Below, in pieces: positions 19,270 through 26,982 of a stretch of 64,000 nt of DNA. Source of the DNA: Candidatus Altiarchaeota archaeon (GTDB taxonomy: Archaea; Altiarchaeota; Altiarchaeia; IMC4; QMZM01); contig JAFGDV010000035.1 in NCBI GenBank assembly GCA_016931955.1, positions 2,852 through 66,851 on the forward strand, read 5' to 3'. Below the pieces are notes generated by a model, which had not been told where the DNA came from, ran no database searches, and was given only the letters and a program-made list of their open reading frames with translations. Within the stretch, counting starts at the first letter, position 1, and the number at the start of each line of letters is the position of its first letter. The position numbers and the translations under genes were made by a program.

Positions 19270-20415
19270 TTATGCTGCCCACTGGCATTTTTTGTCTACG
19301 CATCTGCAGCTTAGGCTGTAGTCTTCTGAATTGTAGCAATCTCTGTATTCACATGTAGTGATTATGGGATCCTCGTTCTTGCTTTGGCAGACTTGTCCAG
19401 AACAGCCTCCAGTAACGCAGTCGCTCTCATCCTTGCAGGAGCCATACGTTGAAGTGCCGCAGAATTCTTTGAGTATGCGGTAGGGTGATGGGCAGATTAC
19501 GGTGCATCTGCCGTCTATGCACTTCGACGTGTAAGGGCAATGCGATAGCATGAGGTATCTCCCCGGAGTAACGCAGTCGCTGTCCTGGTTACATGGGTTC
19601 CTCGTGAATTCAGCGACTTCATACTCTTCCTCCCCGGGAGGTACGCATTCACTGCCGTTGCTGCTATAGAATCTCCATTCCTCGCATACTCTGCCGTCTG
19701 GGAGAACACAGTAACCTGCCTGCCCTTCAGGTGTTTCCACCATCCTAAGTTCTCCACCCTGTTTTTCGCAGTAGACCGAGGCCGGATTCGCGATTCCAAT
19801 CTCAGCATCTTCGCCTTCGGGCGGCAGCAACCCAGTGCATCTCCAGTTTATCTCAGCCGTTTTCGCTTCAATGTCGACGATGCATGCTGGATTACATCCC
19901 TGCTGTTCTATGTCGAGGTCGATCCACCATGTTCCAGTATTCGAATTGCAGAATGCAGTGTCCTTCAGTCGGTCGCCGCATTCGCTCTCTACTGCAATCT
20001 GCTTAGCCTCGGATAGACTCATGCTTTCACCCGTTGCTGTCATACAAACCTCTTCGGTGAATGTTCTGCCATCAGGTGTTTTGCACTGTCGTGGGTAGCT
20101 TTCCATTACTGGATAGCCTGCATTAACGCAATCCTCAAAGCTATTCACTACCGGCACACAGGAGTTGCCGTCAAAGCATTCGTCTTCGCCGCAGTCACAA
20201 ATCTTAACCACATGGCTGTTGTCCGGGGAACAACCGCATGCCCCGACCAGGCAGAGGTTCGGGAAATCATTGACTGACTTACAGCACATTCTTCTCGTAA
20301 TCTCCCCCCCCGAGTCGATGCAAGATTTCTCCAAGGCATCAGGTACCTGTCGTATGCATCCACTGACTAAGACGATCCCCAATACTGCTAAAACAATAAG
20401 ATCTGATTTTTCCAT
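19270..20415 (-). CDS. secreted cysteine-rich protein (about 40 Cys), probable lipoprotein
   Basis: Signal peptide LAVLGIVLVSGC; many CxxC/CxC pairs throughout; no enzymatic motif. Confidence 0.5.
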   Translation of the reverse strand: MEKSDLIVLAVLGIVLVSGCIRQVPDALEKSCIDSGGEITRRMCCKSVNDFPNLCLVGACGCSPDNSHVVKICDCGEDECFDGNSCVPVVNSFEDCVNAGYPVMESYPRQCKTPDGRTFTEEVCMTATGESMSLSEAKQIAVESECGDRLKDTAFCNSNTGTWWIDLDIEQQGCNPACIVDIEAKTAEINWRCTGLLPPEGEDAEIGIANPASVYCEKQGGELRMVETPEGQAGYCVLPDGRVCEEWRFYSSNGSECVPPGEEEYEVAEFTRNPCNQDSDCVTPGRYLMLSHCPYTSKCIDGRCTVICPSPYRILKEFCGTSTYGSCKDESDCVTGGCSGQVCQSKNEDPIITTCEYRDCYNSEDYSLSCRCVDKKCQWAA

Positions 20416-20502
20416 CTTTATCTTTCACCCTCTTTTTTTTTGTTATATCATTTTTTGGGGGTACATAAAAAGCCAAGCGATTTTGTTCGGCGTAGACCGA
20501 AA

Positions 20503-21027
20503 CTACATTTTTTTCTGTATGAGTGAAGCGAGTAAGTCGAGAAAAAACCTGCTTATCCTCCTAAGAGGTTCTGATCTCCTTATTAGCTGGGCTGGGTATG
20601 GGCTTATCTGGTAGTAGACTCTCGTGAAGACGACGCCGAATGGATGTCTTAGGAGGAATTCGTCTCTGAACTTGTAGAATACTGTGAGTTTTTGATATGA
20701 TTCTGTACCGTATGTTGCAGTTACTATGAAACAGTCCGAGGTAAGAGAGCAGCTGTCGCCTTTTCTCGACCTTCTTGGTCTGGATCTGATTAACTCGACC
20801 TCGGGCGGATTTGATTCTTCTTTCTTCGGAGCGCTTTTTGGGGTTAATTCAGCCTTCGGTGTTTTTCCTTCAGCCTTCAGGGTGCGGTCTCTGTCCACAA
20901 AATACTCGATGAAGTCTACTCGCTGGCAGTTGGGGCATATCAGTGTTCTCTCCTTCACCAGCCGCATGTCTATGTGCCATTCGGTTCCGCACGCAGGGCA
21001 TGAAGCTGTCTTCTTTGTCCCAGTCAT
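20503..21027 (-). CDS. double zinc-ribbon protein with K/P-rich linker and C-terminal CFIxTAxYG...FRD..LL...YY..SP module
   Basis: CPACG...CPNC N-terminal ribbon; linker KTPKAELTPKSAPKKEE; C-terminal CFIVTATYGTESYQKLTVFYKFRDEFLLRHPFGVVFTRVYYQISP. Confidence 0.5.
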   Translation of the reverse strand: MTGTKKTASCPACGTEWHIDMRLVKERTLICPNCQRVDFIEYFVDRDRTLKAEGKTPKAELTPKSAPKKEESNPPEVELIRSRPRRSRKGDSCSLTSDCFIVTATYGTESYQKLTVFYKFRDEFLLRHPFGVVFTRVYYQISPYPAQLIRRSEPLRRISRFFLDLLASLIQKKM

Positions 21028-21067
21028 TCTTATTAATTCTTATTCATTTCTCCTTAATATCTATAAG

Positions 21068-21415
21068 ATGCCTAAACAGATTCTGTCTTCTATGCGGGAG
21101 AGGAACAGGTATATCGCGTTTGAGTTGATAAGTGATTCGGCTTTGAGTAGAAGTGATATCGTCAAGGCTGTATGGGGTTCAGTCTTAAGGTTCTTGGGCG
21201 AACTCGGTGCCAGCAAGACGAGTTTGTGGGTCATGGACTGGGATGAGAAACACAACAGGGGAATATTGAAGGTAAACCATAAATCACTGGAAGAAGTAAG
21301 GGCAGCGCTTGCATTGATGAAGGAGGTCAACGGACAACGGGTTACCCCCCACATCCTTGGAGTCTCAGGAACCGTCAAAAAAACACGAGAAAAATACTTG
21401 GAAGAAAAACCTTGA
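21068..21415 (+). CDS. rnp2: RNase P protein component 2 (Pop5)
   Basis: MPKQILSSMRERNRYIAFELISD...GELGASKTSLWVMDWDEKHNRGILKVNHKSLEEVRAAL matches archaeal Pop5; the 229-aa ORF extension upstream overlaps the antisense gene and is rejected. Confidence 0.8.
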   Translation: MPKQILSSMRERNRYIAFELISDSALSRSDIVKAVWGSVLRFLGELGASKTSLWVMDWDEKHNRGILKVNHKSLEEVRAALALMKEVNGQRVTPHILGVSGTVKKTREKYLEEKP

Positions 21416-21434
21416 ATCTGCCTTCGGCAGATTC
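21414..21434 (+). terminator. perfect 9-bp stem / UUCG tetraloop hairpin directly after the Pop5 stop
   Basis: GAATCTGCC-TTCG-GCAGATTC followed by a T-rich tract; two further hairpins follow (CGAGACC-TTCG-GTCTCG at 21452-21468, CAAGACC-ATA-GGTCTTG at 21476-21492). Confidence 0.35.
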
Positions 21435-21541
21435 CTTTTTCTTTCGCTGAGCGAGACCTTCGGTCTCGACTCAGACAAGACCATAGGTCTTGCTGATAGC
21501 ACTTTTCTTTTTTTTCTAAAAAGAAAAGGGCTATGGGGTGA

Positions 21542-21616
21542 TGGGCCCGCGGAGGTTTGAACTCCGGACTTCTCGATTATCAGTCGAGCGCTCTAACCAG
21601 GCTGAGCCACGGGCCC
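21542..21616 (-). tRNA. tRNA-Ile (anticodon GAU)
   Basis: Minus-strand reading GGGCCCG-TG-GCTC-AGCCTGGTTA-GAGC-G-CTCGA-CTGATAA-TCGAG-AAGTC-CGGAG-TTCAAAC-CTCCG-CGGGCCC-A gives a full cloverleaf; no CCA encoded. Confidence 0.85.
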
Positions 21617-21688
21617 AGGGGGACTGTTATCTGCCTGTAGCCCTTCTTTTGGGATGCAATACTTTTCTTTCTAAGAAAAGGGTTGCAA

Positions 21689-21708
21689 CCTAGCTGAGCT
21701 ACGGGCCC
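21689..21708 (-). other. tRNA-like 5' fragment (acceptor + D-stem start), degenerate copy of the tRNA 5' end
   Basis: Minus strand GGGCCCGTAGCTCAGCTAGG matches 17/20 of the 5' end of the adjacent tRNA-Ile; no matching 3' half follows. Confidence 0.4.
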
Positions 21709-21745
21709 TCTGGGAGTTAAGATTATTCGATTGCTGCCATAAAAA

Positions 21746-23767
21746 TTAGGTTTTTTTCTTGCTCGGGCATTCTGGGTTGACGCAGATGGTCCAAGGTTTT
21801 TTGCCTGATACGATTATTGTTGAGTATCCGCAGACTTTGCATTTTTCTGAGATCTTTAGGTCTCGTTTTGGCAGGGATATGGTGTACTTGCATTTTGGGT
21901 AGTTGTCGCAGCCTATGAAGTATCCTCCGAACTTTGATTTCCGCAATACGAGGTAGCCGTCGCATTTGAGGCATTTGCCGAGTGATTCTTTTTTCTCTCT
22001 CACATTAGTTGATTTGAGGGAGCTTGCAAGCTTTTGGCCGATTTTTTCCTCGTTTTGGTTGAAGTTCTCCGATATTTTTTTTATCACCTCTCGGCCTTCT
22101 TCTATGACTTTCTCTGGCTCTATTTTTCCTGCTTCTATCTGTTCCATCTCTTTCTCGAATTTTCTGGTCAGTTTCTCGCTGAGGACCTCTGAGCAGAATT
22201 TGTTGAGTGTGTCCACTACGTTTAAGCCGAGTGGTGTTACCTCTATTGATTTGCCGTCGAGGTATCCCCTCTTGTAGAGTGTGTCCAGTATCTGCGACCT
22301 TGTTGCCTTGGTCCCCAGGTTTTTTTTCTCCATTTCTCTGATGATGGAGGATGGCGTGTATCTCTTCGGTGGCTGGGTTTCCTTCTCATAGAGGTTTATC
22401 TCTTCCACATTCAGTAACTCGCTTTTCCTTAGCTCTGGTAGCTCGTTTTCTTCGAATTTAGCGTATCTTCCGTAGAGCTTATGCCATCCTTTCTCTACTG
22501 TCCTAGTGCCCTTGGCTATGAATATTTCACCGTTGTTGTCTAATTCTACTGTCACGGTTTCCCTTACAGCGGGTTCGCCGAATACTGCTAGGAATCTTCT
22601 TACGACGAGGTCGTAGATTTTTTTCTGTTCTGTGCTCAAGCCTTTGGGGACTTCGCCTGTGGGGTGGATTGCTGGATGTGCGGGGTCCTTCTTTTTTCCG
22701 TTTTTTGGTTTCAGCGCCTTCTCTGAGAGTAGTTCGTTGATGGATTCGGTGTACTCATTAATGACGCGTAGTTTTTCCATGATCTCTCTGTAGTTTATCT
22801 CTTTTGGCAGTTGCTGGCTTGAAGTTCTCGGATAGCTGATGTATGCGTTCGTGTAAAGTTCCTGTGCTATGTCTAGTGTGTTCTTTGGCAGTATGTTGAG
22901 GTGCTTGTATGCTTCGGTCTGCAGCGTGGTCAGGTCGAAGGGTGGTGGCACTGGTTGTTCGTACTTTTTTTTCTGGATTTTTGAGACGATTGCGGTGTCA
23001 CCGCATTTTTGTTTCACTGCGACGGCTTTGTCTTTGTCCCAGAACTTGCCTTCGATGTGCAGTGCTTTGATCTGTGTTTTGTTTTTGATTGCAGTTAACT
23101 CCAGCTCCCAGTATGTTTCTGGCTTGAATTCCTTTATCTGTTGTTCTCTCGTTGCCAGGATCTTGAGGGTTGGGCCTTGGACTCGGCCTATGCTTAGCGT
23201 CGTATAGCCTCGAGCCCTTCTTATTGCGAGCGTCAGTGCGCGGGATAGGTTTATTCCCCAGAACCAGTCCAAGACGTGTCTCGTTAATCCGGCATCTGCC
23301 ATGCCTCTGCTAGTGGGCTCAAGGTTCTTGTAGGCGTTGATGATTGATTCTCTGGTGAGGGTTGAGAACTTCATGCGTTTCACGTTTTCCTTGAAGGGGT
23401 CTATGTTGCACGCGTATTTTATGACGTTGAAGCCTATGACCTCTCCTTCAACGTCGTAGTCGCATGCGTTTATGTAGGATTCGCATTTCTTTGCGAGGGA
23501 CTTTATATTGTCTAGGTAGTCTTTGGTGAAAGCCGAGCTTCTGTTCGCTTTATAGCTTGGAACCCATTCTATGTCGAATACTGGATACTTCCAGAAGCCG
23601 CCGTTTTTCTCCATGAGGGTGTATATGTGGCCTACTGCGGGCGCTATCAGAATGTCGTCTACGCTATAGTAGCGGACCTTTCCCTTGCTGTGCTTTTCCG
23701 CCCTACCAATGCTGTTCGCGATTCTTTCTGCAACGTTGGGTTTTTCTGTTACGATCAGTGTCGTCAT
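21746..23767 (-). CDS. topA: type IA DNA topoisomerase (Topo III/TopA-like) with C-terminal zinc ribbons
   Basis: Toprim start MTTLIVTEKPNVA, catalytic region YISYPRTSSQ (active-site Tyr), C-terminal CLKCDG...CDNYPKC and CKVCG...CVNPEC ribbons. Confidence 0.9.
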   Translation of the reverse strand: MTTLIVTEKPNVAERIANSIGRAEKHSKGKVRYYSVDDILIAPAVGHIYTLMEKNGGFWKYPVFDIEWVPSYKANRSSAFTKDYLDNIKSLAKKCESYINACDYDVEGEVIGFNVIKYACNIDPFKENVKRMKFSTLTRESIINAYKNLEPTSRGMADAGLTRHVLDWFWGINLSRALTLAIRRARGYTTLSIGRVQGPTLKILATREQQIKEFKPETYWELELTAIKNKTQIKALHIEGKFWDKDKAVAVKQKCGDTAIVSKIQKKKYEQPVPPPFDLTTLQTEAYKHLNILPKNTLDIAQELYTNAYISYPRTSSQQLPKEINYREIMEKLRVINEYTESINELLSEKALKPKNGKKKDPAHPAIHPTGEVPKGLSTEQKKIYDLVVRRFLAVFGEPAVRETVTVELDNNGEIFIAKGTRTVEKGWHKLYGRYAKFEENELPELRKSELLNVEEINLYEKETQPPKRYTPSSIIREMEKKNLGTKATRSQILDTLYKRGYLDGKSIEVTPLGLNVVDTLNKFCSEVLSEKLTRKFEKEMEQIEAGKIEPEKVIEEGREVIKKISENFNQNEEKIGQKLASSLKSTNVREKKESLGKCLKCDGYLVLRKSKFGGYFIGCDNYPKCKYTISLPKRDLKISEKCKVCGYSTIIVSGKKPWTICVNPECPSKKKT

Positions 23768-23776
23768 CTTTTTTTT

Positions 23777-25141
23777 CTATTTTACTGTTATTCCGTGTTT
23801 TTCTGCGATGTCTTTGAATGCTTCTGTTAGGTATTTTATTTGTTCCCATGTGAGGCCGTAGGTGCTTAGTTTAAGCTGTTTTGTGGCTCCAGGAAAGATG
23901 CCGGTTATTTTTCTCTTATCTAGTTCGTCGTAGAGGAAGAAGCCCTTCTTTTTGTGGGTCTGAGCTACTTTGTCGAAGGAGTTCGTACAGTCGACTTTAG
24001 TGAATGTGTGTCTTCTAGGTAACTCTGATATGATGGAGTTGCCTTCTATGTTGAGGAATTCCTTGATGAAGTATTCGATTTTTTTCAGTTCCTGATCCCA
24101 GTGTTTCACCCTCTCCTTGACTCTGGGGAAGGATGCCATCATCGCTATGAGGGGGGCGCCCATGACTGTGCAGCCTAGGAGGTAGACCTCCTTTATGCCA
24201 AAACTTCTGCCTGAGATGTCTCCCCTGTTTGAGGTTGTCTTGAAGATCTTTTCTGCGTATTCTCTCGTGGTGGCTAGGACTCCGGTTGGTGCGGGGGAGG
24301 CCATGCTTTTGTGTCCTGAGCCTATGATGAAGTCTGCACCTATCTCTTTTCCATCGACGGGCATTACTCCGACGGTGTACGCTCCGTTGTAGAGGAAGGG
24401 GATGTCGTATTCGTGTGCCACATCAGCTATTTCCTTGACTTTGTGTTCGTTTCCGTATGTGTAGTCTATGTGGGGTATTGCTATTAGTTTCGGCAGCTTT
24501 CCTGTATCCCTTTTCACTTCCTCGATTTTTTTCTGGGTATTTTCTGCGGTTATGATGTTGTTCTCGTCTAAGGAGATCTCCTTCCATTCAGCGCCGGCGG
24601 ACTCGATTGCTAGGGCGAGGCTGTAGTGTCCGACTTCTGCTATGAGCGCTGTATCTCCTTTGTCGAGTAATGCATTCGCTACTATCTGGAAGCCGCTGCG
24701 TGCGCCTTTGACGACCCTCACAGCATCCATGTTCAGGAAGTCAGCCAGTTCCGAATAGAATTCCTGGACTGGGGGCCTCTTTATATAGTCGAGGCGGAAG
24801 GGCTTGAGGCAGTGATCGCACACGGAATAGCCGTCGCCGTAGGCGATCAAAGCCTTCCTCGCTTCGGGGGTGAGTCTTCCGCCGGCCTGTATCGGGTTCA
24901 GGTTTATGTGGTCTTCTTCTCTGAGCCTGAGTTCGATCCTGTCTGCTAGGTACTTTATCTCTGAGCCGCTTTTATTGTATTCTATCTCCTCTAATGTTTT
25001 CTTCACCCTCTGTAGGATGTCGTGGAATCTCTTACTTTGTTCGTTGTTTAATTCATGTGTTGGAGATGTTTCTCTGAGGATTTCACGCAGGTCCTCTAAT
25101 GCAAACAGTGCCTCATATGTTTTCTGTGATCTGACATCCAT
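23777..25141 (-). CDS. O-phosphoseryl-tRNA(Cys):Cys-tRNA synthase (SepCysS) with about 80-aa N-terminal extension
   Basis: PLP fold-type I; from memory of the A. fulgidus SepCysS sequence, motifs GGRLTPEARKALIAYGDGYSVCDHC, IGADFIIGSGHKSMA, LGCTVMGA, MASFPRVKERVKHWDQE and FFLYDELDKRKITGIFPG...KLSTYGL align along the whole length. Confidence 0.8.
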   Translation of the reverse strand: MDVRSQKTYEALFALEDLREILRETSPTHELNNEQSKRFHDILQRVKKTLEEIEYNKSGSEIKYLADRIELRLREEDHINLNPIQAGGRLTPEARKALIAYGDGYSVCDHCLKPFRLDYIKRPPVQEFYSELADFLNMDAVRVVKGARSGFQIVANALLDKGDTALIAEVGHYSLALAIESAGAEWKEISLDENNIITAENTQKKIEEVKRDTGKLPKLIAIPHIDYTYGNEHKVKEIADVAHEYDIPFLYNGAYTVGVMPVDGKEIGADFIIGSGHKSMASPAPTGVLATTREYAEKIFKTTSNRGDISGRSFGIKEVYLLGCTVMGAPLIAMMASFPRVKERVKHWDQELKKIEYFIKEFLNIEGNSIISELPRRHTFTKVDCTNSFDKVAQTHKKKGFFLYDELDKRKITGIFPGATKQLKLSTYGLTWEQIKYLTEAFKDIAEKHGITVK

Positions 25142-26258
25142 TTTTCGTTAAGTATTGTATTTTTTCTATAACATATTCTATGTCTTCTTCATTATTAATT
25201 CTTCCAAGTGTGAGTCTAAGAGACTTGCAGGCTTCTTCTGCCGTTAAACCGATGGCGGATAGGACGTGTGATGCCCCGGTTGAGTGGGCGGAACACGCTG
25301 ATGCGGCGGAGGCATATATGTTTTTTCTACTTAGCTCTGATACGAGGTCTATTTGCTTCATATTTGGGAACGTGAAGTGTGCGTTGTTTTGAAGCCTCTT
25401 CTTAGGATGACCATTAAGTCGGCAGCAGTCTACTTCGAGAACGCCTTTGATTAGTCGGTCCCTGAGCCTAGTCAACCTTTCTGAGTCTTCACTCATCTTT
25501 TTCACTGAAAGCTCAAGTGCGTGGGAGAAGCCGACAATGCCTGGAATGTTCTCAGTACCTGATCTAAGGTTTTTTTCATGCCCTCCCCCATGGATCAGCG
25601 GTTCAAGCCTCGCACCCTCCCTAACATATAATGCTCCGACACCCTTCGGCCCATATAGCTTATGGGAAGAAATTGAGAGAAGGTCGACATTCATCTTTTT
25701 CATGTTCAGGGGGAGCTTTCCAGCAGTCTGCACTGCGTCAGTGTGGAATATTATGCCCTTATCTGCTGCGATCTCGCCGATTTCCTCTATTGGTTGTATG
25801 GTTCCAATCTCGTTGTTTGCATGCATAACCGAGATGAGGAATGTATCCTTGGTTATCGACTTCTCCACTTCTGTGATATCCACTAAGCCGTATCTGTCTA
25901 CAGGGAGATAGGTGACCTTAAAGCCTTTCTCTTCCAGAAACCTGCATGGGTTCAGGACAGCCTTGTGTTCTATACGATCTGTTATGATGTGTCTCTTCTT
26001 GTTTCCATAGGCGGTTCCCTTTATCGCCAGGTTGTCTGATTCCGTCCCGCCTGAAGTGAATACTATCTCATCCGGGTTTGAGTTAATTGCGGCGGATGCT
26101 CTGATGCGTGATTCATCCAATGCTCTTCTAGCATCTACTCCAAAGGAATGCATGCTGGAGGCATTCCCGAATTTTTCTGAGAAATAGGGAAGCATTGCCT
26201 CCAAGACGAATGGGTCAACAGGCGTAGTTGACGCATGATCCATGTAGACTCGCTTCAT
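25113..26258 (-). CDS. iscS: cysteine desulfurase (NifS/IscS class I)
   Basis: DHASTTP N-terminus, PLP lysine SISSHKLYGPKG, active-site loop SASAACSA with the persulfide Cys. Confidence 0.85.
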   Translation of the reverse strand: MKRVYMDHASTTPVDPFVLEAMLPYFSEKFGNASSMHSFGVDARRALDESRIRASAAINSNPDEIVFTSGGTESDNLAIKGTAYGNKKRHIITDRIEHKAVLNPCRFLEEKGFKVTYLPVDRYGLVDITEVEKSITKDTFLISVMHANNEIGTIQPIEEIGEIAADKGIIFHTDAVQTAGKLPLNMKKMNVDLLSISSHKLYGPKGVGALYVREGARLEPLIHGGGHEKNLRSGTENIPGIVGFSHALELSVKKMSEDSERLTRLRDRLIKGVLEVDCCRLNGHPKKRLQNNAHFTFPNMKQIDLVSELSRKNIYASAASACSAHSTGASHVLSAIGLTAEEACKSLRLTLGRINNEEDIEYVIEKIQYLTKNGCQITENI

Positions 26259-26980
26259 TCGATACCCTCCAAGTCCAATGTGATATCCTGGTATCCCAAA
26301 TCCTTGAATCTCTGGATTAGTCTCCTGGACTTTAGGATGGTGTCGAAGTCGTCTCTTTGAACCTGTATCCTTGCGAGGGGGAAGTGGTCTCTGACCCTGA
26401 CTTTCCCTACGCCGAGAGACCTGATGAAGTCTTCTGCGCGATCTATCCTGTTAAGTCTCTCCATTGTTATCTCCTCGCCGTGAGGAATCCTAGTTGCTAG
26501 ACACGTCTCCGAAGGCTGAGAAGCCACTTTCTTGTCTATTCTCGACATCAAAGCCCTGGTCTCTCTTTTACCTAAGCCGAGCTCTGCAAGGGGCGAAACT
26601 ACCCCTCCCATAAGGTTTGCTTTAAGCCCAGGTCTGTCCTCTCCAAGGTCGTCTGCATTCGTTCCGTCGAGGATTACCTCATAGCATAAGGATTTTATCT
26701 TAGAGCATATCATCCCCTTACAAAGGTAGCACCTGTCTGGGGGGTTACTCTTAGCCTCTCTCAGGATCTCCATGTTCAGGATCTTCAGGTTTATGCAGTA
26801 TTTTTCAGCGAATTTTTGTGCCTTTTCTGCCATATACCCTGGTGTGAGCTCTGATCTCACCAGCACGGCGTCAGCGAAGTCTCTGGCATAGAATGCTATG
26901 ATAGAGCTGTCGACTCCTCCAGAATAGGCGACAGCCGTTTTTTTGTTTTTGAATCTTTCAAGGTATTTCTCCAGTTCCAT
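26255..26980 (-). CDS. PP-loop ATP pyrophosphatase, LarE-family sulfur insertase homolog (TIGR00268-like)
   Basis: PP-loop AVAYSGGVDSS; extra Cys cluster RCYLCKGMIC; ETCLATRIPH segment resembles the LarE sacrificial-Cys loop. Confidence 0.65.
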   Translation of the reverse strand: MELEKYLERFKNKKTAVAYSGGVDSSIIAFYARDFADAVLVRSELTPGYMAEKAQKFAEKYCINLKILNMEILREAKSNPPDRCYLCKGMICSKIKSLCYEVILDGTNADDLGEDRPGLKANLMGGVVSPLAELGLGKRETRALMSRIDKKVASQPSETCLATRIPHGEEITMERLNRIDRAEDFIRSLGVGKVRVRDHFPLARIQVQRDDFDTILKSRRLIQRFKDLGYQDITLDLEGIE

Positions 26981-26982
26981 CT

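Noticed and set aside
20476-20490. 15-mer CGATTTTGTTCGGCG shared between the promoter region at 20476 and the divergent promoter at 40523
   Set aside because: Two random 15-mer matches per 64 kb are expected by chance (about 2x10^9 position pairs against 4^15). The flanks form different hairpins. Not treated as a motif without genome-wide support.
20726-21067. 229-aa ORF-track version of the Pop5 gene with a 114-codon N-terminal extension
   Set aside because: The extension overlaps the antisense zinc-ribbon gene over its whole length and has no Pop5 similarity. Pop5 homology begins at MPKQILSSMRERNRYIAF (21068).
21617-21708. Interpretation of the upstream tRNA-like fragment as a second, intron-containing tRNA gene
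   Set aside because: After the 20-nt 5' portion there is no D-stem closure, anticodon arm, T-arm or 3' acceptor complementary to GGGCCCG. A 72-nt intron would still leave no 3' exon.
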